Of a stretch of 64,000 bases of DNA, positions 1-12,900 are shown piece by piece. Every line of letters begins with the position of its first letter. Positions within the stretch are counted from its first letter, which is position 1. The notes beneath the pieces were generated by a model. The model was not told the DNA's origin. It searched no databases and saw only the letters and a list, made by a program, of their open reading frames with translations. Location: the NCBI GenBank assembly GCA_001662655.1, contig KV460263.1, one strand, 5' to 3'. This DNA is from Pseudogymnoascus verrucosus (Eukaryota). Made by a program: the position numbers and the translations under genes.

Positions 1-42
1 CCACCCCCCCCCCCCCGCTCCCCACCCCCCCCCCCCCCCAAT

Positions 43-882
43 TCAGGCTTTCACCTCCTCCCTCGCAATCGCCCTCTCCAGCGCCCCCTTCATCTCCTCA
101 ACACTCTCCCCCTCCCTCGCATCCACCCCCTCCCTCACCACCCTCTCCACCTCCTCCTCCACCTTCCCCTCCCCCCCCAACAGATCGTACCATCCATTCG
201 CCCCCTCCCTCCCCAACACCTCCGCCGCAACCGCCGCCACATCCCCCCTAGCCACCTTCCCCGGCCCCTCCGTCCTCCCAAACTCCACCCTCCCCGTCGC
301 CTCCCCATCCGTCAACGTCCCCGGCCTCAAAATAATATAACTAAACCCCTTATCCTCCCTCCTCCTCTCCTCGCCAACAACAGTCAACACCTCATCCGCC
401 TCCAACTTAGCAGCCGAATAAACCGCCAACGAATCCGCCGCCTTCTTCACCTTCTCCGCAGCCTCCTTACTCCACCACGGCGCCGCATGCCTCCTCACGC
501 TCAACGCCGAAATAAGCAGAAACTTCTTCACCCTCCCCTCCCCCGCCGCCGCCCTTGCAAACGCAATCGCCGCATCCCGATCCACGGCATTCGTCCTATC
601 CGCGCCTCCCTTCCCCCCCGCACCGGCGGCCCAGACGACCCAGTCAGCGCGCGATTTGTCGAGGACCCGCGTGGCGTCTGCGGTGGTGCGGATGGCGTCG
701 AGGGAGTCGACGAGGACGTCCAATGTGCCGGTCGCGCTGGGGGGTTTAGTGGCGAGGATGGCGGCGGTTTGGGAGGGGTCGCGGATTAGAGCCGTTACGG
801 ACCAGGAGCGAGTGAGGAGGAGGGGGAGGAGTTGGAGGGCGATTTTGCCGTGGGCGCCGAGGAGGAGGATGTGTGGTGGCAT
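43..882 (-). CDS. NAD(P)-binding Rossmann-fold protein (NAD_binding_10 / atypical SDR, YMR090W-like)
   Basis: Single-exon 279-aa ORF with N-terminal GAHGKIA nucleotide-binding motif, VWAAGAGG, YxxxK (YSAAK), ILRPGxL and VARGDVA motifs. Confidence 0.85.
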   Translation of the reverse strand: MPPHILLLGAHGKIALQLLPLLLTRSWSVTALIRDPSQTAAILATKPPSATGTLDVLVDSLDAIRTTADATRVLDKSRADWVVWAAGAGGKGGADRTNAVDRDAAIAFARAAAGEGRVKKFLLISALSVRRHAAPWWSKEAAEKVKKAADSLAVYSAAKLEADEVLTVVGEERRREDKGFSYIILRPGTLTDGEATGRVEFGRTEGPGKVARGDVAAVAAEVLGREGANGWYDLLGGEGKVEEEVERVVREGVDAREGESVEEMKGALERAIAREEVKA

Positions 883-1934
883 TGTGGTGGTTGGTGGGGT
901 GGGTTTGGATTGGGTTGTTGAGTTCGAGGGGTTGGATGTTGTGGGTTTGATGGTGGGAATGGGTTAATGGTTAATGGGTGAAGGAGGTGAGATGAAGAGA
1001 TGTAGTAGTTAAATCGAGGGATCGATCGTCATTGTCTCACAGGCTTATTTATCACTTGTCGAAGCAGCTTAGGTCATGCATGCGGGGTGGCATCATTGAT
1101 CGGAGCTTAGCTGCTCTACTGGCTAATACATGCAGCACGCAATTGGAGCCGAGGGTAGACAACCCTGTTATATACAGTAGTTATTTTGTTATGTCCTATA
1201 ATAAGATAGAGATGAGTTTTGGGGCACGCTTTTATCAAGATGCTGAATAATGTTGGAACAGAGACTGAGGTGTACCTTGCGAGTGCGAGGGCTACGTCAT
1301 AGCTTGTTCAATGCCGAGATTCTGATATCCCTCGATTATCGCGCGTGTGTACACCTTACACTCAAAATACGACCTTTTCAGGGCGAGACTGACCTGGTGA
1401 ATAGTCCCATGTATTTTAATTATAGTTTCTGTAAACATTATATGTTATACATGGCCATTGCATAAACTTTCGGGAGCTACAAAGTATGTGTAATGAGTAA
1501 TGGAGTTACAACATGGCTCTCGTCGATTCCTACGTAACCATCAACAGGCACAATTCAAGTAGTCGAAAGTAAGATCGGATTGCCCTCCATCCAGACACCG
1601 CCTCTACCATCCCATACTATACTACAGTCGCACCCTATCAAAAACGCGATCCCCATTCCATTCGAGAAAAAATTATAAAAACCATCCCTCAAAACGCCCC
1701 GCCCAGCTCCTCATACAAAGACAAGCCCCCCTACCCGCGTCCCCAAGAGCGCGCACACAAACTCCATCTCCCCATACATTCCATACAACGAACAAAACCC
1801 CCCACTACCTGCCCCCATCCCCCCACCAGACGTCCAGTCAAATGCCGCAAAAAAAAAAGAATAAGCTCAGCCGTTTTATGTGCCCAACATATCTCTAATC
1901 CTAATCCCTCTCTCCCCCCACTTGCGCCATCCCT

Positions 1935-3448
1935 CTACTTCCCAAACTGAAACGCCCCAAACACCCCCCCACCCCCACCGGGAGTCATCGACCCCGCCCC
2001 CGTCGACGCGCTCGTCGCCGGCGCAGGAGTCGTCACCATATTCGCATGCGTATTATTCGGCGTGCTCGGCACCCCATCCGCGTACGTCCCATTCTGCCCC
2101 GCCTCCGCCGCATTCGCATTATACGCCTGCGCGCCCGCATCCGGGTTCCCCAGCCCCCACACCTTGCTGAGATGCTCATCCGGGATCTCGCCGTTCCAGA
2201 GACGGTCCCGAACTTGGAAGAACACCTTGCCCGTGAGCAGGGCGTCTGAGCCGCCTTGGTGCGCGGGACCTTGGCGCTTGACTTTTAGGGCTTCCGCGAG
2301 GACTTCGAGGGAGGGTTTTGTTTCGAATTTCTGCAGGACCTCGAGGGTTGAGGCGTCGGCGGGGGTGACTTGGCCGCTGGCGTGCTGGGCGATGGATTGT
2401 TTGACGAGGTACTTTACGTCGTAGATGGAGGGGAAGAACTTCTTCATCAGGATCTCGAACTCGACTTCGTCGTCCAGGAGCGGCTGGCAGATCATCAGCT
2501 TGGTGAGGTACCCGAAGTCGTAGCCGCCGTGGAAGGAGATCCATTTCACGTCCTCGTCGCACACCATGCCCGAGCTGATGAGGAGAGCGCCGAAGTCGAA
2601 GGGGTCGATGCCGTCGCGCTCGAGGGCGGGGAAGTCGATCCCGGCTTGTTGGAGGGAGTCGATCGAGCCTTGAGAGTACATGTCGTCTTTGAGAGAGAAG
2701 CGGAAGTTGAATTGCCATGTACACGGCAGCGTCGCCGCGCCGGTACCATATTTCCGCGAGCCGGGCAGGCTCATGTCTATCCCAGAGTCCGAGGACTGGG
2801 GTCGTGCGGGTGTCGTGTCGCCGTCTTCGGTGAACAGGGTGATGCCTAGTTGTATGAGCTTGAGGAGGTCGACATTGGTCCTCAGTGTTTGGTAATGGTA
2901 GTCGCTCTTCCCCCTAAACGAGCCCATCGGTCGCGCCACTACTCCTGGAAACTCCGTATCCTGTTCCACGTTAGCAACCACATCCACACACCTCCGTCCC
3001 CGACGAAACTAACCATAGATATATACGGATACCTATCCACAAGCCTCCTCAACGTATCCATCTCCTCCGCCAAATTATGCTTCCAAACCTCCCGTATCCT
3101 GCCCTTATTCACCACCCCCCTCCCCCCCTGCTCATTAATCCCCCCATGAGCCGACTGCTGCAGCGCCGCCCCATGCGCGAACGAAATCTGCGCCGCATGG
3201 CTCGCCAGCCCCGTCCCACCCCCGCCTCCCATCCCACCACCCGCACCGCCAAATCCCTGCGTCAGACTGAGGGCATTCCCATTCACCGCGAACGGGTTGA
3301 TATTGCTATTAGGGTTCATGAAGGCTGGGTTCCCGCCCAGCGTCGGCGGCGGAAGCCCCGTCGCGTGGCCCTGCGAGTGAGGCGGGTACTGCTGGTAGTG
3401 CGCCATGCTGTTAGGGCCACCGCCGAATCGCTGCATCGGTGGGCCCAT
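1935..3448 (-). CDS. CAF1: CCR4-NOT deadenylase subunit Caf1/Pop2 (DEDDh nuclease)
   Basis: Exons 3448-3014 and 2960-1935 (intron 2961-3013, GTTAGT..CTAAC..CAG). They join to give IREVW..YPYISMDTEFPG..YQTLRTNVDLL..FHGGYDFGY..AHQGGSD, with DEDD residues intact. Confidence 0.95.
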
Positions 3449-4599
3449 CTCGTCGGTGTGAACTTTGGATCGAGGAGGAGAGTCGCGAGATCCGGACGGC
3501 GTTCATGGGCGGAGCGTTAGGCGCAACCTGGGAATGCCGAATGGGATTGTTGTGTTACGCGACGTGGAGCTCGGAGAAGTTTGCTGGGGCGCGATATTCG
3601 AGATTGATTCGTAGTGTGGTTGAGGAGAAGAAAAGCTTGGGGTTTCTAGTTGGAAGCTTGAGGTTGGGCCTACGGTGAAGCGTGGAGCGCGAACCAGCGA
3701 TAGCCGCGCTCGCTTATTTAACTGGTTTTGGCGGCAATGTCAGGATTGCCGTCCATATCGCAGTACTGTCATGCAATCATAGCGAATCCGGGCCATTACA
3801 GCTTTCGCAATGTATCCTACAAGGTATGGATGATTACTACCGCTATTTATGAGGGATGGATTTAACAATTGGCGTCGCAGTGTTCGAAGGGCAGCGCGGC
3901 CCAACCTCACGGGCTTCGACCCAAAGGCCTTCGCGGCCGCAGCTGGAGACAGGAGGGGAGACCCATGGGCACGCAGGTAAGCCAAGGAACCACGTATCAA
4001 TTACCTGGGAATGGATTGCTGACTACGATTCAGAGAGGCATGGAGATACAACGGCCCTTTCACCAGGCTTAAGCGATTCAGAGGCAGCTTCCCCGGATTG
4101 GGCATCGCGACGGTGGCATTCACGGCATACTGCGCGTACGAGCACTTCTTCTTACAGGACGACCATCACCACGAGGCTGGACATGGGGAGGGACATCATT
4201 GAGCGGGTTGTTGTTGGAGGGTCATTGTACATATAGGCGACCTGGGTCAGACATAGAGATTGGAGATGGCATAAAAACACCAATTGACGAAACTGTGTGC
4301 TGTTTCTGTGACGTTGTTGACATCTCCGGAGAGCCGATTACGAACTACAAACGAACTACTGACTGGAATGTGCATTGATATCTGGTCTGGTACACGTTGG
4401 GGTATTGGTCGGGGGATGGGTCCATCATACAAATGCTGTTGGCCATCCCGTCCCATTCTGGATAGAATTGAATGGCAGTAACCCTTCGAATTGGTTCAAG
4501 ATCTTACTTCAGTGTGAAAACGCTCATAATTGATACCATACAAAAATCCTCGCTATACAGTCTTTCCTATACTCCTCCCAACACCCTTAGGCTCCTCAC

Positions 4600-5979
4600 C
4601 TAAGATATATACACTTTCTTAGCGTTTGCTATCTCGAACACCATCCCCGTAGTTAAATCCTTTACAAACCCCTTGTCAAGCCCAGCTTTCCGACTATAGT
4701 CTTCGAGTTTCGCTCTCCCGTATACTCGTGAGTTGGGAAGTAATACAGCGTCAGGATCGACACGACTGCTGGTGTGATTTGCGTATGGAACATTTCGGGC
4801 CAGTGCGTTCAGCTCTGTGCTGCATATTGGACAGACAGAGCTTGTGATAGAAGACGAAGATGATGGGGATGCTGATGAAGACAAGTGTGATGAGTGGCAA
4901 GAAGGGGTTTTGAGCGCTGACAAGCCTGCTGAAAGCGCAATATGGAGCAGTGGGACGGCTGGGATAGATAAGAGGGTGTTGTGAGTTTCCATGAATAGCT
5001 TAGCAAGATCCTCCCAACGGTGTGCCGCATACAGATTCTGTGTTGGGGGTTAGTGAAGGAAGGTAAGAAGGTAATGGGGATGCTTACGGTGTATATCGCC
5101 AACCCGGCTTCGGGTGGGAATGCCAACAACCCTGCGGCCTGCTTTACTTCCGAAGGATAGAGATCCTTGGAGGGAAGAAGATATTTCTTGGCATGAACAA
5201 TAGCATCCTGTAGCTTTGCCTGATCCCGTGTCCTCACCAACTCAATATACTGCTGAAAGCGAACCATGAACTCGAGTTTGCTCTGTAATCTGTTAGTATA
5301 TGTCGACGTTATGTCATGCTTTTTTGTACTCACACCCATACGACGCAGCTCCTTCTTGTTCTCCGTGCACCAAGCCAGAACCTCATTAACCCTTCCATTC
5401 CGCAAACTGTCTCTGATCTTGCCCATCTGCATAAACGTCCCAGTATCCACAAGCTCTTCGATCTGTTTTTCCTGCGCTAACGCCGTAGCACTCTGGACGT
5501 AACCATTCCGTAGCATGTAGTCTACAAGTAGGCGGTCAAGTCGTGTCCGACTCCATGCTTCATATTTGACGTCGTCCAGGCTCTGCATAGAATACAGTTC
5601 TCCAAGGTGCCTTACCCGGGCCTGAGAATGGCTCTGCAGTCTCTTCTCTTCCTCCGCACACGCCGCCAATTTCCGTTTCAGACCTCGCATACGAGCTATC
5701 ATGGAGTCGAGGTTCTTGAGAACCTCGTCCGGGGTCGACGAGTTGTTGAGACATGCCTGTGCAGTATCTTTGAGGCTCTGTTTGACGGCAGTGCTGTCTC
5801 TTTCCACCGAGAGCTGGGCAACCTTGAAATTCTTCCTCAGCAACTCATAGGGAAGACGTAATAGCTGCTGGTCCTTTTCTCGTCATTAGCTTTCTACCTT
5901 AGCAATTTGAGGGTGTGTTTATATGTACCAGGATCAGATGGGTATCTGGATTGAGCTTCGAAGCTGTGTGGTCCGCCAT
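4600..5979 (-). CDS. FYV10: GID/CTLH ubiquitin ligase subunit Fyv10/Gid9 (MAEA; LisH-CTLH-CRA-degenerate RING)
   Basis: ATG at 5979 (MADHTASKLNPDTHLIL|DQQLLRLPYELLRKNFK). Introns 5874-5928, 5283-5333 and 5038-5087. LisH RLDRLLVDYMLRNG, LHIALSAGLSALKTPSC and CPICS..LARNVPYA. Confidence 0.93.
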
Positions 5980-7144
5980 TGCTGCGCTGCTGGTTGTGCT
6001 TGTCAGACAGCAGTGAAGTCACTTCGAAGCCATCTGTAGCCCTGGTGGCCGCCTCTAATCCCTGTGCAGCGTTATCGTTGCCGTATCGCATCGCGGGACT
6101 GTGAAGCTCCGAGCCGAAGGATGACTGGACTGTACTGTACGGCACCGTACTTGCCATACTCGCCATACTCGCCGTACCGTACTCGTACCCAGCCGCTATC
6201 CCCCTCCCTCCGCGGGCAAGAAGTCAACAGAACTCCTTCATCGGCGCTTCTACACAGCGAAACAGCGATAACGATGTCTCACGTACTTGCTTCCTTGAAC
6301 CTTGGGAGCATATTTGCCCGGCCTGTAATAGGATACCAGTGATTTTTGTGTGTGGCATAGAGAGGCTAACGTGATCACGCGTTGGATACTTGGAAGAGGG
6401 GTAACGTCTTGTAGATTACAGCTCAATTCACGTGTAGAGATACTTATGAGGCACTTTTGTATGGTATATTGAACTATCGACTATTGACTACGGTAGACTG
6501 TAAATACACATTCTGCCCCATCTCATCCCACCTCCATCATGTTTTGGTTGCCAGCCTTTCTCAGACTTGGCCACTCACCAGCCTATGGCTACCAGCCTCT
6601 TTCTCTCTTCCCTTGGGTGAAGGTCCTCTGTAAAGTAAGTGAGGGTGTCGACCCTGTTCACCGCCCGCTTATCCCAACCAATCACATCCATTCTGCCCCC
6701 CATCGCGATTTCGGGTCGAACTTCTGGCTTCGTCATGTGCACCAATCATCGTCTAGCGTCAACGATCACGAGCTAGCGAGATTCTCGACATTCCCTCTTT
6801 AAAGGCAGGTGACCCGCCGACACGTGCAACCTTTTGGATTCCTCCTCCTTCACCCACATCACGAGAACACGGCGTAGGCCCATCCAATTCAAAGATTCTC
6901 GTTATAACACTTCAACTGGTCCAAATCCTATCTTCTTCTTCTTAAACCACCTTATTGCCCGATTAAGAATTATATATTCTTGATTTTCAAATTCTTTTTG
7001 CTCCTCTCTTTCGCCCTTTCTTCACGCGACAAACAACGTGATTACCGTTAGTCCTATTACCGAGAAGGACGTGGTCCAGGTCCCCCCCAACTGTCAGAAA
7101 CTCAACAAGCGATCAGATCAGGTGATATTATCAATCAGAATCAG

Positions 7145-7957
7145 GTATGTGCAATATATCAATATACTTACTTTGCGATACTTCAATTCTCGATCACTCC
7201 CTCACTCTGCGCCGTCCGTTGTCTATCGCGACTTCTACCGCGCGCTTTATTATTATCTTCTCCAATCCGGACGCGTGTGTGCGTGTGTTTATATACACGA
7301 CACCACATCGCCCTGTCATATTCAAGGATTGATTGGACTAGATCTTGTGTTACTTGCTTGCCTGCTTCCTTCCTTCCTTTTCCAGTTACACTTCCCGTGC
7401 TTGTATCGTTTGGTCGCTGTCGCGCGCGCGTCCTGGTGACTCTCAGGCCCAGCGTAACCTGACGAGTGGTCGGTTTTCCGCATTTATTTATTGCGAGGCT
7501 GGTCAAACAATTGTTTTCTTGTGTTTGCTTGGAATCAATTGCTTGTCTAGCTCAGCTCTCGTTCCAGGGGGACGTCTACAAAAGGGGACGAGAGTGGCAC
7601 CGAGATCAAGACGATGTACAGCGCCAGAGCCATCTGTCATAGCTCTGATTTGTGTTCCCTTGTGGAACTACACTATGCATTGACACGTGCGGTCCTCATT
7701 GCTGCCATCCTGTAAAAGAAGAGAAGGCGTTTTCCCCGTTGAAGGACCTGAGCAAAATCGTTGCCGGGTATTTTACCTTCCGCATCGTCCCAGTGGAAGC
7801 ACGCATCCTTCTCTCTTTCCACAAGATTTCCTTTGTAACGCAGATGTCAGACACGTCACCACCTCCTAGCCAAAGTCAGATGCACATGCAGCCCTGCTGC
7901 TGCACATGCACACGCATACTTAATTTCAGCATTTACTAACTTACGCCGAGGGTTCAG
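7145..7957 (+). other. Putative large 5'-UTR intron of CBF1
   Basis: CAG|GTATGT donor at 7145, perfect TACTAAC branch at 7934-7940 and CAG acceptor at 7957, 83 nt before the ATG. The pairing of donor and acceptor is inferred. Confidence 0.55.
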
Positions 7958-8039
7958 ACATACATACATACAACGTCCAACGCCCCCACACCTTCCATTC
8001 ACACGAATCATAACGCGTAGAAGCGTCACTAGCCGCCAA

Positions 8040-9005
8040 ATGTCAATTGAGATGGCCGACCAGGCGGATTTCGATCACTCGGGATTGCAAGAGGTAGCCA
8101 ATGCTGTGCGAAACAACTCGGGAGGAGACGATCTCCTTGGCTCTACGAATCAGAAGCGGAAGCGCGATGTGACCGACCAGGACGGGTCAGCTGATGCCTC
8201 GAGGCGTCCCGGTTCCAAGCGCTCATTTCAGAATGCTCAGAAGAACGATGGCTCTGACCAGTCCGCCAATGCCTTTCTAGACGCCCAGCACGAAGGAAAT
8301 GCTGGCGTCGAGTCGTTACAGGAATACAGTAATCTGCAAGACCAAAGTCTCGAGAACCAGAACGGTAGCTCTGAGCATGCCAACGCCACATCCACTGCTG
8401 CGGCAGCACTCGGCATCTACCCAACTATGACTATCCCGCAGCCAACTGGTGTCCAATTCCAAACCCAAGGCTCGGAAGGCGACGCGAACCAGGATTCATT
8501 TATGGATACCAGCCAGCAAAATGAAAGCTATATGGACAACTCCACTGCTGGTACTGGCAGGCAAGGGAGCGGATCAAAGCCTGCTGTTGGTTCGGAAGAG
8601 TGGCACAAGGTCAGGAAAGATAACCATAAAGAGGGTAAGTTATTCATTCAAGGATAGTCGGAACAACTAGCTGACAATAACACAGTTGAGCGCCGTAGGC
8701 GTGAGACCATTAATGAGGGTATCAACGAGTTAGCAAAGATTGTGCCCGGATGCGAAAAGAACAAGGGCTCGATCCTGCAACGCGCAGTATCGTTCATTAC
8801 TCAGCTCAAGGAGAACGAAGACCAAAACATCGAGAAGTGGACTTTGGAGAAACTCCTGACCGAGCAGGCCATCGCCGAGCTCAGCGCAAGTAACGACAAG
8901 CTGAAGGCAGAGTGCGAGAGGGCATGGCGCGAGGTGGAGACCTGGAAGAAGACGTGCCAAAGTGCAGGCTTAGCCCCGAAGAAGGAAGACGCTGCCGAGA
9001 GTTAA
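8040..9005 (+). CDS. CBF1: bHLH-leucine zipper transcription factor Cbf1/Cpf1
   Basis: Exons 8040-8634 and 8686-9005 join to give KPAVGSEEWHKVRKDNHKEVERRRRETINEGINELAKIVPGCEKNKGSILQRAV..NIEKWTLEKLLTEQAI. Confidence 0.93.
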
Positions 9006-9997
9006 ACGTATCACGACATCCTCCAAAATGGGCGGCTTGGTCAAGACTTCACGATGCAATGTTCAACTCAACCCTCGGGGGCTCTGAAAAGGATGATGAT
9101 ACCCTGATTCTGGGAGAGGGGGATCCGAACCTTTTTCGAATCTCATTTTAGGCGTGTCTGTTACTGTGCTACTCTTTTTAAATTATTCTTTACATTCTTA
9201 CTAAATCCTTGTGTGTTTGACGTCGGGGATTGGTTTTTCTGCAGTGGATCGGGGGTCGCTGTAGCTGTAGGGGGTTTCTGCGGATTATCAGGTTAGGGAA
9301 GGGATGGCTATCTGGTTCTGACGTTTGGACGCGAGAACTTTAGACGACAGAGACCTTTCTATGGCCATATTGCTAAAGCACTTGATATAACCTATGTACC
9401 GCGGTCGTTGCGTACGGTACTAGAGAATGGCGGCAGTTGTTGTTCTCATAAAAAATATTTGATGACTTCATAACTAAATTCCCTACAATTTATTATAGTG
9501 ACAATGCGGTAACCACCCATAATATTCAACCAAGGACCAATTATCACCAGATTAAATACAAAAATTATTCCGCCATACAACTTTTTAATTTAATTTATTT
9601 ACGATTTAAACCTGTAAGACAAATTGTATCTCTGGTCTCAAGTAAATGCAGTAAAATGCATGAGACGGAACATCTCGACGTCCATCGCATTCCTCTTACA
9701 AACCCTTCCCCACCCCACCGCGTGGCGCCTGCATACCCCCACCCAATCACCACCCACGACTTCCCTCACTCCACTAGCCCCAATCCCAAAAGTCCCCAAG
9801 CTTCTTCTTCTCCACCACGTCCGCGCCCCGGCTTACCAAGCTACCTTGCCTGCCTATTCCCTGACGTCTTATTTTTCTCCCTCCCCCCAACGACATGAAC
9901 CTATAAACACACTCCCCCTTCGCGGCTTCACACGACAGACAGGCGAACAGTTGCTTCTTTGTACGACCAAGAAGCGAGAAGCTGGTCTGGTTCCGCA

Positions 9998-12900
9998 ATG
10001 CTGGGCTCCGACTCGCCGACGACCCAGCGCATCCTGGCGTCTGGCTCCTTCTCGGGCTTACACAACGAGATCGGCGCGCTCGGGAAGGGATATCTGACTG
10101 CGACGAAGGAGAGACTTCAGCCGTTATGTGGGAATGAGGAGGGCTGGGGGCCGTTGAGCCCGTTCCGATATGACTTCACGCCGTGCTTTATGGATGTTTG
10201 GGTCTCGTCGGTGGCGGTGTATGGTATACTGTTTGGTGCGGCGGCGATATGGTATTTGTCGAGGAAGAGGGAACAGGATGTTAAGAGGGATTTGCACTTT
10301 TGGACAAAGCAGGTATGTTGGATTGTGATTTGGGCCCGCACGGCAATTCTGGAGGCGGTTGGGGGACTGGGGAGTCACCAATTGGACCTGGAGCCTCGTA
10401 TATGATATATGAGTATTGAGCTTCTTGCTGACGGTTCTGCAATAATAGGTCCTTATTATTGCGATCGCGGCCACGGTACTCGCTCAATTAATCATCCAAG
10501 TCATAAGCTATCGAGACGTCTGGGCCGGCGACTTCCGCTTCTGGACCAGCGTACTCACAATCATATCTCTCGGCGTTATATTCCAGATCCAATGGCTCGA
10601 GCATACTCGACTTCGCAACCCGAACGGCGTCGTCCTTTTCTACTGGCTTCTCCTCATCATCGCGTTTAGCGTCAAGCTCCGGTCGCTGGTTTCGCAGCAG
10701 ATTTACAGCAAATCTTTGCCATACTTCGTTACGTACTGTGTGGGATTGGGACTCTCGATTGTTGAGTTTGCGCTGGAGTGGTTGGTGCAGAAACGCATGA
10801 GCTCTTATGATGCTCTGGGCGATGAGGATGAGTGTCCGGTGGAATACGCGACGGTTTTCTCGATCCTTACTTTCGGCTGGATGACGCCGTTGATGAGATA
10901 CGGATACAAGGAGTATTTGACCGAGGACGACCTCTGGAACTTGGCCAAGAGAGATACTACAAAATCGACCGGAAGCTCTTTCGAAAAGTCTTGGAACTAC
11001 GAGTTGAAGCACAGGAAGAATCCGTCCCTGTGGATGGCAATGTTCCACAGCTTCAGCGGACCCTATTTCCGTGGCTCTATCTTCAAGATTGTAAGCGATT
11101 CGCTGGCTTTCGTTCAGCCTCAGCTACTGCGTCTCCTGATCGTCTATGTTGGGTCCTACAAGACCTCCACCCCCCAGCCAGTTATCAAGGGTGTTGCTAT
11201 TGCCTTGGGCATGTTCGCCGTGTCTATCGGACAAACCTTAGCTCTTCACCAATATTTCCAGCGATCTTTTGAGACGGGAATGCGTATTAAGACCGCCTTG
11301 ACTGCGAAGATTTACGGCAAGTCTCTCAAGCTATCCAACGAGGGGCGCGCAAGCAAATCTACTGGAGATATTGTCAACTACATGGCTGTTGATACGCAGA
11401 GATTACAAGATTTGACCCAATACGGTCAGCAGCTGTGGTCCGCACCATACCAGATTACGCTCTGCATGATCTCTCTCTACCAACTCGTTGGATTCTCTAT
11501 GTTCGCCGGTGTAGCCGCCATGATCTTCATGATTCCTATCAATGGTTTCCTCGCCCGTCTCATGAAGACCCTACAGAAGAAGCAGATGAAGAACAAGGAT
11601 TCGAGAACGCGCTTGATCGCTGAGATCGTCAACAACATGAAGAGCATTAAGCTTTACGCCTGGGGATCCGCGTTCATGAACAAGCTGAACTACGTCAGAA
11701 ACGAGCAGGAATTGAAGACACTCCGCAAGATTGGTGCTGCCCAGGCCTTTGCCAACTTCACCTGGTCGACAACTCCTTTCCTCGTGTCCTGCTCGACTTT
11801 TGCAGTCTTCGTTCTCACCCAGGATAAGCCATTGACGATCGATATTGTCTTCCCAGCTCTGACTCTGTTCAACCTGCTCACATTCCCATTGGCTATCCTG
11901 CCAATGGTTATCACATCTATCATCGAAGCCTCTGTCGCAGTTGGACGTCTGACGTCATTCTTCACTGCCGAGGAGCTCCAGGAAAGCGCCGTCCTTGCGC
12001 TACCTGCCGTCGAAGAGCTCGGCGAGGAGACAATCCGTATCCGCGATGGTACCTTCTCGTGGGATCGCCATGAGGGAAAGACTGCCCTCCAAAACATCAC
12101 CTTCAGCGCCTGCAAGGGCGAGCTCAGCTGCATTGTCGGCAGAGTCGGATCTGGCAAATCGTCCTTCCTCCAGAGTATCCTCGGAGACTTGTATAAGGTC
12201 GGTGGTGAAGTTACTGTTCATGGTTCGATTGCATATGTTGCCCAACAACCTTGGGTTATGAATGCGACTGTAAAGGATAATATTGTTTTCGGTCACCGAT
12301 GGGACCCAGCTTTCTACGATAGGACGGTCAAGGCATGTGCGCTTTTGGAAGATTTCGCACAGCTCCCCGATGGAGACAACACCGAAGTCGGCGAACGTGG
12401 TATTTCCCTGAGTGGTGGCCAGAAGGCCCGTCTTACTCTCGCAAGAGCTGTCTATGCACGCGCGGATGTTTACCTCCTTGATGACTGCCTCTCAGCCGTT
12501 GATCAGCACGTCGGTCGCCATATCATCGACCAGGTGTTTGGCGCCACTGGACTACTTGCCGGAAAGACCCGTATCCTCGCCACGAACTCGATTCCCGTGT
12601 TGATGGAGGCCGATTTCATCGCCCTGATCAGAGACGGTAGCATCATCGAGCGCGGAACTTACTCGCAACTCATCGCTATGAAGGGAGATATCGCCAACCT
12701 GATCAAGAGCGTCAGCACACAGGCAGCAAACGAAGTCGAATCCAGCTATGACAGCACCAGCGAATCCTCCACGGTCGTGGACCGAACCACAAACGATGAG
12801 GACCAAGATGCCGCCGAGGAAGCCCAAGAACGCCTTACTACTCTCCAACCGATCCGCTCGTCGCCATCGAAGGTTAAAAGACGCGCTGGCAGCGACGGCA

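Noticed and set aside
1..40. Poly-C tract at window start
   Set aside because: Simple homopolymer just 3' of the first gene, and truncated by the window edge.
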